In this document: positions 16,367-25,410 of the stretch, piece by piece
How the letters are laid out: the number at the start of each line of letters is the position of its first letter
How positions within the stretch are numbered: position 1 is the first letter of the stretch
Assembly (NCBI GenBank): GCA_019239785.1
Contig: JAFAZM010000183.1
Span: 1 to 42,883, forward strand
Source of the DNA: Sphingomonadaceae bacterium
GTDB lineage: Bacteria; Pseudomonadota; Alphaproteobacteria; Sphingomonadales; Sphingomonadaceae
Direction of reading: 5' to 3'
Length of the DNA: 42,883 bases
Translations under genes and position numbers: made by a program
Notes under the pieces: generated by a model
The model's database searches: none
What the model saw: the letters and a program-made list of their open reading frames with translations, nothing else
Told to the model about the DNA's origin: nothing

Positions 16367-17218
16367 ATGATTCCGACGACGACGACCAGGGCCGTGAACG
16401 GGGAAAGCGGGCGCGATCGCGTCACCGCCGCGATCCAGCTCGCCTCCGCCCGCACCGGCGTGCAGTTCGACTATCTGCTGAGCCAGGCCCGGATCGAAAG
16501 CAGCCTCAACCCCAACGCCCATGCGCGCACGTCGAGCGCGACCGGCCTCTTCCAGTTCATCGAGCAGACCTGGCTCGGCATGGTGAAGCAGCATGGCGCC
16601 GAGCACGGGCTCGGCTGGGCCGCCGATGCGATCCAGCGCGGCCGCAACGGCCATTATTATGTCGCCGACCCGGCGATGCGCCGCGAGATCCTCGACCTGC
16701 GCCGCCAGCCCGAGGCCTCCTCGGCGATGGCCGCCGAGTTCGCCTCCGATAATAGCCGCTACCTGCAGGGCCGCCTCGGCCGCCCGGCCGAGCCGGTGGA
16801 CCTCTATCTCGCCCATTTCCTCGGCGCCGGCGGCGCCGCGCGCTTCCTGCGCGCCCACGACGCCAATCCCGAAGGCGCCGCGGCGGCGATGCTGCCGGCG
16901 GCGGCGCGGGCCAATCGCGCCGTCTTCTACAACCGCGACGGCTCGGCGCGCAGCTTCGCCGAGATCCGCGCCCATTTCGCCGAGCGGGTGGGCGGCGGCA
17001 ATGCGTCGGCCCCGGTCCGCATGGCGAGCGCCGCAACCACGCGGCCGGGCTTCGATCTCGCCGCGCTCGACCTCGATCCGCTCGGCGACGACGAAAGCCG
17101 GAGCCGCGACCCGCTCGACCTGGCGCTGGAGGCGCGCAGCCGCGCCGGGAACGGCGGCGGCGCCTCGCCGCAGCTCGCGCGCATGGCCTATATGATGCTC
17201 GCGCGGCTGGGGGGCTGA
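16367..17218 (+). CDS. Flagellum-associated lytic transglycosylase (SLT domain)
   Basis: ARIESSLNPNA...SSATGLFQFIEQTW (catalytic Glu of the ES motif and GLFQ motif), YLAHFLGAGGA. Confidence 0.85.
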   Translation: MIPTTTTRAVNGESGRDRVTAAIQLASARTGVQFDYLLSQARIESSLNPNAHARTSSATGLFQFIEQTWLGMVKQHGAEHGLGWAADAIQRGRNGHYYVADPAMRREILDLRRQPEASSAMAAEFASDNSRYLQGRLGRPAEPVDLYLAHFLGAGGAARFLRAHDANPEGAAAAMLPAAARANRAVFYNRDGSARSFAEIRAHFAERVGGGNASAPVRMASAATTRPGFDLAALDLDPLGDDESRSRDPLDLALEARSRAGNGGGASPQLARMAYMMLARLGG

Positions 17219-17221
17219 GCC

Positions 17222-19327
17222 ATGGCCGAGCTCGCGAAGAAAGGCTCCTGGCTGAGCGCCGGGCGCGGGGCGATCCTGCCCATCGCCACCCTGCTCCTCG
17301 TCATGCTGATGGTCGTGCCGATGCCGGCGACGATGCTGGACATCGGCTTCATCAGCAACATCATGATCAGCCTCGCGGTGCTGATGGTCGCGCTGAACGT
17401 GGCGCGGCCGCTCGATTTCTCCTCCTTCCCGACCGTCCTGCTGTTCGCGACCCTGCTGCGCCTCGCGCTCAACGTCGCCTCGACCCGGGTGGTGCTGGTC
17501 AACGGCCATGAAGGGTCCAGCGCCGCTGGCCGCGTCATCGAGGCGTTCGGCTCGTTCCTGATCGGCGGCGATTATGCGGTCGGCATCTTCGTCTTCGTCA
17601 TCCTGATGATCATCAACCTGGTCGTCATCACCAAGGGCGCCGGCCGCGTCTCCGAAGTCTCGGCCCGCTTCACCCTCGATGCGATGCCCGGCAAGCAGAT
17701 GGCGATCGACGCCGATCTCAATGCCGGCCTGCTCACCCCCGAAGAAGCCAAGGAGCGCCGCCAGGAGGTGGCGACCGAGGCCGATTTCTACGGCTCGATG
17801 GACGGCGCCTCGAAGTTCGTGAAGGGCGACGCCATCGCCGGCGTGCTGATCCTGCTGGTCAACGTGATCGGCGGCCTGATCCTCGGCACCGTCAGCCACG
17901 GCATGGCGATCGGCGCCGCCGCCTCCAATTACGTCCTGCTCGCGATCGGCGACGCTCTGGTTGCGCAGGTCCCTGCCCTGCTGCTCTCGATCGCCGCCGC
18001 GGCGATCGTCACCCGCGTCTCCTCCCCATTCGACCTGTCCGGCCAGATCACCAGCCAGTTCGGCTCGGCCAAGGCCTGGACCCCGGTCGCCGCGATCCTG
18101 TTCTTCCTCGGCCTGCTGCCCGGCATGCCGCATCTGGTGGTCCTGCCCGCCGCCTGCGTCGCCGGCCTGCTCGCCTGGCGGCTGCGCAGGGCCGCGAAGC
18201 TGCGCGCCGCCGCGGCCGAGACCGAGGCGCAGCCTCTGCCCTCGCCGAGCGCGATCGGCTGGGACGAGGTCAGCGACGATGCTTCGCTGGGGCTCGAGCT
18301 CGGCTTCGCCCTGGTCGGCCTGGTCGACGAGCGCAAGGGCGCGCCTTTGATGGCCCGGATCACCGGCATCCGCCGCCAGCTCTCGCGCGAACTGGGCTTC
18401 GTCGTGCCGATGGTCCGCGTCCGCGACGAGCTCACGCTCTCGCCCAATAGCTACCGGATCACCGTGGCCGGCGTCGTCGCCGCCGAGGACGAGATCTGGC
18501 CCGAGGAATTGCTCGCGCTCGATTCCGGCGACCTGCTTGATCGGGTCGACGGCCGGAAGGTCAAGGACCCGACCTTCGGCCTCGACGCGGTCTGGATCGC
18601 GCCGGCGCAGCGCGCCGAGGCGGTGGTCGCCGGCTATACCGTCGTCGATCCGGCGACCGTGGTCGCCACCCATCTGAACCAGGTCATCCAGGCCGCCGCC
18701 GCCGATCTGTTCGGCATGGACGAGGCGCAGAAACTGATCGACGCGCTGAAGGAAGGCGCGCCGCAGCTGGCCGCCAACATCACCCCGCAGCCGCTCTCGC
18801 TGCCGGCCTTCGCCGCGCTCTGCCGCGCTCTGCTCGCCGAGGGCGTGCCGCTGAAGGATTTCCGCCGGATCGGCGAGGCGATGGCCGACGCCGCCCGCGA
18901 GGAGACCGACCCGGTCCAGCTCGTCGAGGCGGTGCGCCAGCGGATCGGGGCGCTGATCATCCAGACTTTGGTGCCGGTGCGGATGCCGCTGCCGGTGGTC
19001 ACGCTCGATCCCGGCCTCGAGAATCTGCTCGCCCAGGCGGTGCGGACCGGCCGCGACGCGGTCCATCCGATCGAGCCCGGGCTTGCCCAGCGCATCGTCC
19101 AGGCGGTCGGCGAGGTTGCGGGACGTCTGCTCGCCGAAGGCCGGCGCTTCGCGATCGTCACCTCGCCGATCGCGCGCCGCGCGCTCTCGCGCCTGCTGGC
19201 GCTGCACGTGCCGGACGCACCCGTCCTCTCTCTGCTCGAAATCCCGGACAACAAGCCGGTGGAGGTCGTCGCCATCGTCGGCGGCGAGGCGGAAAGGCCA
19301 TTGCTTGAATCGGAGGTTGTTGCGTGA
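17222..19327 (+). CDS. flhA: Flagellar export apparatus protein FlhA
   Basis: VITKGAGRVSEVSARFTLDAMPGKQMAIDADL and FYGSMDGASKFVKGDAIAG. Confidence 0.97.
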   Translation: MAELAKKGSWLSAGRGAILPIATLLLVMLMVVPMPATMLDIGFISNIMISLAVLMVALNVARPLDFSSFPTVLLFATLLRLALNVASTRVVLVNGHEGSSAAGRVIEAFGSFLIGGDYAVGIFVFVILMIINLVVITKGAGRVSEVSARFTLDAMPGKQMAIDADLNAGLLTPEEAKERRQEVATEADFYGSMDGASKFVKGDAIAGVLILLVNVIGGLILGTVSHGMAIGAAASNYVLLAIGDALVAQVPALLLSIAAAAIVTRVSSPFDLSGQITSQFGSAKAWTPVAAILFFLGLLPGMPHLVVLPAACVAGLLAWRLRRAAKLRAAAAETEAQPLPSPSAIGWDEVSDDASLGLELGFALVGLVDERKGAPLMARITGIRRQLSRELGFVVPMVRVRDELTLSPNSYRITVAGVVAAEDEIWPEELLALDSGDLLDRVDGRKVKDPTFGLDAVWIAPAQRAEAVVAGYTVVDPATVVATHLNQVIQAAAADLFGMDEAQKLIDALKEGAPQLAANITPQPLSLPAFAALCRALLAEGVPLKDFRRIGEAMADAAREETDPVQLVEAVRQRIGALIIQTLVPVRMPLPVVTLDPGLENLLAQAVRTGRDAVHPIEPGLAQRIVQAVGEVAGRLLAEGRRFAIVTSPIARRALSRLLALHVPDAPVLSLLEIPDNKPVEVVAIVGGEAERPLLESEVVA

Positions 19328-20133
19328 TTGCTTTTTCAGATCGGGCCCGCGTGATCGCAATTGCCAGCGGCAAGGGCGGCGCCGGCAAGACCAATGTCAG
19401 CGTCAACCTCGCCGTGGCCTTCGCCAGGCTGGGCGGCCGGACCATGCTCGTCGATTGCGACATGGGGCTCGCCAATGCGGCGATCCTGCTCGGCATCCCC
19501 TCGGCCTGGACGATCGGGGACCTGCTTTCCGGGCGCTGCGGCATCGAGGATCTGCTCCAGCGCGGCCCCGCCGGCCTGCAATTCCTGCCCGGCCATAGCG
19601 GCACCGGCAGCGGCTCGACCCTGTCGGCCGCGGAGCGCGGGCGGCTGCTCGACGCGCTTAGGCCCTATGCGGCGCAATACGACCACATCGTGATCGACAC
19701 CGGCGGTGGCATCGAGGCTTCCTCGCTCGCTCTGGTCGCCGCGGCCGACACGCCTTTGATCGTCCTCACCCCCGAGCCGACCTCCTTCGTCGACGCTTAT
19801 GCGATGGTGAAGGCGCTCAACGTCAGCCACGGCATCGCCAATTTCGAGATCCTCGCCAACATGGTGCAGCATGACGTCGCGGGCCGCGCCTTGTTCGACA
19901 AGTTCCGGGCGATCGTCGCCCGCTTCATCGACGTCGACCTCAATTATGCCGGCGCCGTCCCCGCCGATCCGTTCGTGCGCGAGGCGGTGCTTCGCAAACG
20001 CTGCGTGGTCGAGAGCTTCCCGGGCGCGCCGGCCTCGCGTGCGTTTGCAGCGCTCGCGCGGCGCATGGCCTGCCCGCCGCCGCCGGCCGCGCCCCAGCCG
20101 ATCCTCGCCGAGGTGGGCCATGGCGCTCATTGA
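19324..20133 (+). CDS. fleN: MinD/ParA-family flagellar number regulator FleN/FlhG
   Basis: IASGKGGAGKTNVSVNLA, DCDMGLAN, TPEPTSFVDAYAMVK. Located between flhA and fliA. Confidence 0.88.
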   Translation: MIAFSDRARVIAIASGKGGAGKTNVSVNLAVAFARLGGRTMLVDCDMGLANAAILLGIPSAWTIGDLLSGRCGIEDLLQRGPAGLQFLPGHSGTGSGSTLSAAERGRLLDALRPYAAQYDHIVIDTGGGIEASSLALVAAADTPLIVLTPEPTSFVDAYAMVKALNVSHGIANFEILANMVQHDVAGRALFDKFRAIVARFIDVDLNYAGAVPADPFVREAVLRKRCVVESFPGAPASRAFAALARRMACPPPPAAPQPILAEVGHGAH

Positions 20134-20848
20134 CCCGCAATACGGCCCGGCCACCTATCAGAAGCAGGCGCGGCCCGCGCCCGAGACCCTGGTGCGCGCG
20201 CACATGCCTCTGGTCCGCAAGATCGCCTGGCACGTCCACGCCCGGGTCGCGACCGCGATCGACATCGAGGACCTCGCCCAGATCGGCATGGTCGCCCTGG
20301 TCGAGGCGGCGAACAGCTTCGAGGATCGCGGCCACGCCTTCGCGACCTACGCCACCCTGCGCATCCGCGGCGCGATGATCGACCATCTGCGCCGCCATGC
20401 CTCGCTTTGCCGCGCGGCGATGGCCCGCCGGCGCGAGCTCAATGCGGTGCGCGAACGGCTCGAGAACCGGCTCGGCCGCGCCGCCGGCGACGCCGAGATG
20501 GCCGAGGAGATGGGGATGGCGGCGGCCGACTATCGCGAGATGGTCGACGACAGCCAGGCGGTCCAGCAGGATTCGATCGACGAAATCTATTCCGATCACA
20601 GCATGTGGTTCGCCGATGGCGAGGAGCTCGCCGACGCGGCGCTCGACCGCGCGCGGCTGAAGGATGCGCTCGCCGCCGCGATCGGCACCCTGCCCGAACG
20701 CGAGGCGATGGTGCTGCAGCTCTATTTCGTCGAGGAGATGAACCTCGAGGAGATCGGCCAGACGCTCGGCGTCGGCGCCGCCCGCATCTGCCAGATCAAG
20801 AAGGCCGCCCTCGACCGGGTGCGCGCCGCGCTTGGAGAATGGGCCTGA
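20120..20848 (+). CDS. fliA: RNA polymerase sigma28 factor FliA
   Basis: DLAQIGMVALVEAA, FATYATLRIRGAMIDHLR, LPEREAMVLQLYFVEEMNLEEIGQTLGV. Confidence 0.95.
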   Translation: MALIDPQYGPATYQKQARPAPETLVRAHMPLVRKIAWHVHARVATAIDIEDLAQIGMVALVEAANSFEDRGHAFATYATLRIRGAMIDHLRRHASLCRAAMARRRELNAVRERLENRLGRAAGDAEMAEEMGMAAADYREMVDDSQAVQQDSIDEIYSDHSMWFADGEELADAALDRARLKDALAAAIGTLPEREAMVLQLYFVEEMNLEEIGQTLGVGAARICQIKKAALDRVRAALGEWA

Positions 20849-20850
20849 AC

Positions 20851-23190
20851 ATGGACACTATCGTCACCGCCGCCGGCCTCGCCGGCCTGCTGGAGGCCAC
20901 GCCCGAAGGCGTGCGCGTGCTGTCGCTCGACTGCTTCGACACCCTGCTCTGGCGCAATTGCCAGTCGCCGATCGACGTCTTCGTCGATTGCGGCGGCATC
21001 TGGCAGCGCGGCCGCGCCGAGCGCCGCGCCCGGGAGCGGCGCAGGTTCGACGACGGCCGCACCGAAGTCTCGATCGAGGACATCCATCGCGCGCTGCGCC
21101 CGGGCCGCGACGAGGCCGAGATCGAAGCCGCCGTCGCGGCCGAGCTCGAAGCCGAAGCGCGCCATTGCTACGCCTTCGCGCCGATTGTCGCCCTGATGCG
21201 GGCCGCCAAGGCCAAAGGCCTGGAGGTGATCGTCGTCAGCGACACATATCTCGGCGAGGCCCAATTGCGCGCGCTGATCACGAAGGCGGCCGGGGCCGAC
21301 GTCGCCGGCATGATCGACCGGATCTTCTGTTCGTCCGTCCATGGCATGACCAAGGTCGACGGCCTGTTCGGGCCGGTGCTGGAGGTGCTCAAAGTGCCGC
21401 CGCAGGCGATCGTCCATGTCGGCGACAATCCCAACGCCGACCGACTCGCGCCGGCGGCGTTCCGCATCCATGGCGTCCATTTCCGCCAATTCGACCCCGC
21501 CGCCGAGCAAAGGCTGCGACTCGAGGCGGCCGCCGCGGTGATCCTCGATTCCGCGGCGCGCAACACGCGTCCGATCTATCAGCCGCACCGCGCGCCCATC
21601 TCGCTGCGCGTCGAGGAGGATCCGGCCTGGGCCTTCGGCCACGACGTGATGGGCCCGCTGATGCACGGCTTCGCCTCGTGGATCGAGCAGGAGGCCGCCG
21701 CCCTCGGCGATGCCAAGATCGTGTTCCTGCTCCGCGACGGCCATCTGCCGCAGCTGGTGTTCGAGGCGATGACCGGCGCCGCGACCGCGGCCGCCGAGAT
21801 CAGCCGCTTCACCGCGCGGCGCACCTCCTATGCCGATGCCGCCTCGATCGCCGCCCATCTCGCCGGCCAGAACCGGCACGACCGCGTCGACGTCCTCGCC
21901 CACCAGCTCGGCCTCACCGCCGAGGAAGGCCGCAGGCTCGGGCGCGACCAGGCGGCGTTCGAGCGCGCGGCGCTGCGGCCGGAGAATGTCCGCAAGATCG
22001 TCGAACGCGCCCACGATTTCGGCGACAAGATCTTCGCCCATCTCGCCAGCCTCGGCATCGAGCGGGGCGATACCGTCATGTTCGTCGATCTCGGCTATAA
22101 CGGCACCGTCCAGGACTATCTGGAAGCCGTGCTGCCCGAGCGGTTCGGGGTGAAGCTTGCGGGCCGCTATTTGCTGCTGCGCGAGGAGGCGCAGACCGGC
22201 TTCGACAAGAAGGGCTTCCTCGACCCGCGCCATCTCGATTTCAACGCGCTCCATGCTCTGTCCGGGCCGATCGCCTTGATCGAGCAATTGTGCACGATCG
22301 CCCTGGGCTCGGTCGAGGATTACGGCCCGGCCGGCGAGCCGATCCGCAACCAGGGCGGCACGAAAGGCGCGCAGAATGCGATCCGCGACCGGGTGCAGGA
22401 AGGTTGCGTCGCCTTCGCCCGCAATCCCGGCGCCGGCATCCACCGCCCGCCCGCATCCGACGATGCGACTGCGCGGCGGACGATGGCCGCCGCGACCCTC
22501 GCGCGCCTGCTCTTCATGCCCTCCGCCGCCGAGGTCGCCCTGTTCGAAAGCTTCGAGCACGACGTCAATCTCGGCACCGACGACCTCTTCCAATTGTTCG
22601 ACCAGGAGGAAGCGGCCGTGGGGCTGAAGCGGCGCGGCTTCTTCTATCTGAACGCCGCCGAGCGCGTCTTCCTGCCCGGCGAGCTGCAGCCGCACGGCCT
22701 CGCGCTCAACCTCTCTTTGTTCAGCACCAACCGGTTCGCGCTCGACCTGCGCGGCACCGATTTCCGCGGCGCCGGGCTGAAGCTGCCGGTGATCCTCGCC
22801 GACAATCGCGGCCAGACGATCATCGAGGTCCAGGCCCATCCCACCCATGACGGCTTCCATCTCGCCACCATTCCGGTCGGCGCCGGCCGCTTCGCCGCCG
22901 GCATCCAGCTCGGCGCGCTCTGCGAATGGGCGGAGGTGGACGAGATCGCTTTCTATCCGGTGGAGGGCTTCTCCCCCGACAAGCCGAGTGACGCGGCCCC
23001 GCCCATTGCCGCCACCGCACTGCGCGAAGGCATGACGGAGGAGGCGCCCGGCCTCTATCGCTGCACGCCCGGCGCGCTGCTGCTGGTGCCGCCGGCGCCG
23101 GGCCTCACGGGGGAGCCGCATCTGCTTGCGATCACCTTCCGGCCGATCGTCCGGCGCGATCCGCGCCAGGCGTTGCGGGAGGCCGCATGA
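20851..23190 (+). CDS. HAD phosphatase plus PRTase-like domain protein (COG5610-type); predicted bifunctional ribofuranosyltransferase
   Basis: HAD motifs SLDCFDTLLWR, VVSDTY, HVGDN. C-terminal FLLRDG and PRPP-loop-like FVDLGYNGTVQ. Starts 2 bp after the fliA stop. Confidence 0.7.
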   Translation: MDTIVTAAGLAGLLEATPEGVRVLSLDCFDTLLWRNCQSPIDVFVDCGGIWQRGRAERRARERRRFDDGRTEVSIEDIHRALRPGRDEAEIEAAVAAELEAEARHCYAFAPIVALMRAAKAKGLEVIVVSDTYLGEAQLRALITKAAGADVAGMIDRIFCSSVHGMTKVDGLFGPVLEVLKVPPQAIVHVGDNPNADRLAPAAFRIHGVHFRQFDPAAEQRLRLEAAAAVILDSAARNTRPIYQPHRAPISLRVEEDPAWAFGHDVMGPLMHGFASWIEQEAAALGDAKIVFLLRDGHLPQLVFEAMTGAATAAAEISRFTARRTSYADAASIAAHLAGQNRHDRVDVLAHQLGLTAEEGRRLGRDQAAFERAALRPENVRKIVERAHDFGDKIFAHLASLGIERGDTVMFVDLGYNGTVQDYLEAVLPERFGVKLAGRYLLLREEAQTGFDKKGFLDPRHLDFNALHALSGPIALIEQLCTIALGSVEDYGPAGEPIRNQGGTKGAQNAIRDRVQEGCVAFARNPGAGIHRPPASDDATARRTMAAATLARLLFMPSAAEVALFESFEHDVNLGTDDLFQLFDQEEAAVGLKRRGFFYLNAAERVFLPGELQPHGLALNLSLFSTNRFALDLRGTDFRGAGLKLPVILADNRGQTIIEVQAHPTHDGFHLATIPVGAGRFAAGIQLGALCEWAEVDEIAFYPVEGFSPDKPSDAAPPIAATALREGMTEEAPGLYRCTPGALLLVPPAPGLTGEPHLLAITFRPIVRRDPRQALREAA

Positions 23191-23236
23191 TGGCCGGAAC
23201 AACGACCCTCGTCCGTCCGTATCGCGGAGGCCGCGC

Positions 23237-24406
23237 ATGAGAATCCTCTTCTACCTGCCGGTGGTGACGCCCTGGTGGTTCGACCGCATCGTCGCGCCGT
23301 TGATCGACCGGCTGGTCCAGCACGGGGAGGTGCACGTCATGGTGCCGCCGCTCTGGCACGGCACCGGCATCGGCGCCGAGCAGCTGGCCGGCGTCGTCGC
23401 CGCCGAGCTGGTCCAATGGCACATCCTCGATGGCGAAGACCATCCCCGCCTTCGCTCGGGCGGCGAGCCGTTCGACGACCTGGTCGATCTCGTCCATGCA
23501 ATCGGTCCGGACATCTGCCTGTGCCGGAGCGCCGATCTCGACACCCCAAGCCGCTTTCCCGGCATCGTCCGCTACCTGATGGAGGCGGGCTTTCCGCCCT
23601 TTCCGGCCGGCGCCGAATGGCTCGTCCTGCGCGAGCATCCGTTCGACCATTGCGTAATCCCCGCATTGGGGGAGGCGGACAAAGAGGCATTGCACGGCGG
23701 AACCGCCGAGCTCTGGTCCGCCGTCGAGCGCATCGTGGCCGCGCAGGCGCACCCGGACGGGCTGCGTGACGAGGAAGGCCGCGGCGCCGACGAGCTCGTC
23801 CTCGCGCTTCCCCTCGAATATGAGAATGCGGAGAATTTCTTCTCCCTCCACCGCCCCCACGCCAACAGCGCCGCGCTCGTTTCGGAGCTTGCCGAGGCGG
23901 TGGACGACGGCGTCCGGCTTGCGGTGACCGACCATCCGCTCAACCTTCTCCATTGCGACCGCAGCCCGCTCGAAGCCGCGGTGGCGCAGCATGCCGACCG
24001 GGTCCGGCTGGTCCCGCCGAAGCGGCGCGGACAGCGACCCACGATCAGCGTGGTTCGGGCCAGCGACGGCATGATCGTCAGCAATTCCAAGGTGATCAGC
24101 ATTGGCGCCTTCCTCGGCAAGCCGATCCTGCGCCTGTCCAACCATGAGAGCGGGCGGTGGCTCAATGCCTATTCGGATCTTCGCGCCTTCCTCGGCGGGC
24201 TGCGCGACGGCGCGCCGAAGGTACCGGCGAAGGACGAGGCGAAGACCTTCTTCGCCCTCCATGCCGCGAACAACATCATCGACCTCAATCACCAGGATAT
24301 GGACGGCCGGCTGATCCTCGACATGGTCGAGACCCCGGTCGATCCCCGCCGCTGGCCGGCCGGCATAAGCCGCTACGCCGCTTCGCACCCGGACATCTTC
24401 CAATGA
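23237..24406 (+). CDS. Divergent capsule-polysaccharide-synthesis (KpsS/KpsC/GT99-like) glycosyltransferase
   Basis: RBS GGAGG. C-terminal half has LPLEYENAENF, VTDHPL and IVSNSKV...GAFLGKPI, resembling the PLQxxxD / HP / NS..G.EA..GKP pattern of beta-Kdo transferases. Confidence 0.5.
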   Translation: MRILFYLPVVTPWWFDRIVAPLIDRLVQHGEVHVMVPPLWHGTGIGAEQLAGVVAAELVQWHILDGEDHPRLRSGGEPFDDLVDLVHAIGPDICLCRSADLDTPSRFPGIVRYLMEAGFPPFPAGAEWLVLREHPFDHCVIPALGEADKEALHGGTAELWSAVERIVAAQAHPDGLRDEEGRGADELVLALPLEYENAENFFSLHRPHANSAALVSELAEAVDDGVRLAVTDHPLNLLHCDRSPLEAAVAQHADRVRLVPPKRRGQRPTISVVRASDGMIVSNSKVISIGAFLGKPILRLSNHESGRWLNAYSDLRAFLGGLRDGAPKVPAKDEAKTFFALHAANNIIDLNHQDMDGRLILDMVETPVDPRRWPAGISRYAASHPDIFQ

Positions 24407-25410
24407 GCCGCGCCGCACGCAGCGTCGTTCCGCTCCAGCCGGCGCCGGCCGCCGCGCCGGGGCCGGCCGACTGGTTCCGCGACGTGCTGCGCGAGGAGCA
24501 GGCGGCGATCCACCGCTTCCTCGCCGGCGCCGGCGACGAGATCGGCGCGATCGTCGCCGAGATCGCCCGGCAGGAGCGGCCGATCGTCTGCCTCGGCATC
24601 GGCAAGTCGGGCCTCGTCGCCGCCAAGGCCGCGGCGACCTTCTCCAGCCTCGGCACGCCCGCCTTCTTCCTCAACGCCGCGGAGGCCGCCCATGGCGACC
24701 TCGGCGCGGTGCAGACCGGCAATCTGGTCATCATCTTCTCGAACAGCGGCACCACCGAGGAAATCCTCCGCATCCTGCCTTTGCTGAAGGCGCGCGCCTG
24801 CCGGATCATCGGCATCGTCGGCCGCGCGGACTCGCCGCTCGCTGCCGCCGCCGACCGGCTCATCCTCAGCCGTATCGAGCGCGAGGCCGACCATATCGGC
24901 ATGGCGCCGACCGCGAGCACGATCCTGCAGATGGCGATCGGCGACGGCCTTGCCGTCGCCGCCAGCCGCGCGCGCGACTTCGGCCGCGAGGATTTCCTGC
25001 GCCAGCATCCGGCCGGCCTGCTCGGCCGCCACATGATCAAGGTCCGCCACCTGATGCGTTCGGGAGAGGATCTTCCCGTCGTGCTGCCCCACGCCTCGGT
25101 GGCGGAGGTGACCGGGATCATCTCGGCCAAAAGGCTCGGCGCGGCCTGCGTCGCCGATTGGCAGGGGCGGCTGCTCGGCCTCGTCGTCGACGGCGACATC
25201 AGGCGGCTCGTCCAGGCCCGCGGCGATTTCTATTCAACGAGCGCCGGCGAGATCATGGCGGCCAACCCGCGCGTGATCGGCCCGGACCTGACCGTGGCCG
25301 ACGTCCTTTTGCTCCTCCAGCAGGAGGAAGGACGGTTCGTCGTGCTTCCGGTCGTCGATGAGGAGGGGATATTGCTCGGCCTGCTCAGCACCTGGGAGGT
25401 GCTGCAATGA
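24403..25410 (+). CDS. kdsD: Arabinose-5-phosphate isomerase (KpsF/GutQ family, SIS plus CBS)
   Basis: GIGKSGLVAAKAAATFSSLGTPA, EAAHGDLG, SNSGTTEE, APTAST, HPAGLLG, followed by a CBS pair. Confidence 0.9.
   Translation: MSRAARSVVPLQPAPAAAPGPADWFRDVLREEQAAIHRFLAGAGDEIGAIVAEIARQERPIVCLGIGKSGLVAAKAAATFSSLGTPAFFLNAAEAAHGDLGAVQTGNLVIIFSNSGTTEEILRILPLLKARACRIIGIVGRADSPLAAAADRLILSRIEREADHIGMAPTASTILQMAIGDGLAVAASRARDFGREDFLRQHPAGLLGRHMIKVRHLMRSGEDLPVVLPHASVAEVTGIISAKRLGAACVADWQGRLLGLVVDGDIRRLVQARGDFYSTSAGEIMAANPRVIGPDLTVADVLLLLQQEEGRFVVLPVVDEEGILLGLLSTWEVLQ

Noticed and set aside
16253-19360. 1035-aa ORF on the minus strand
   Set aside because: Antisense shadow of slt/flhA caused by high-GC codon bias. 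No recognisable motifs.
20407-20850. N-terminal extension of the HAD protein (927-aa ORF)
   Set aside because: Overlaps fliA out of frame with low-complexity Arg-rich sequence. The ATG at 20851 is the plausible start.
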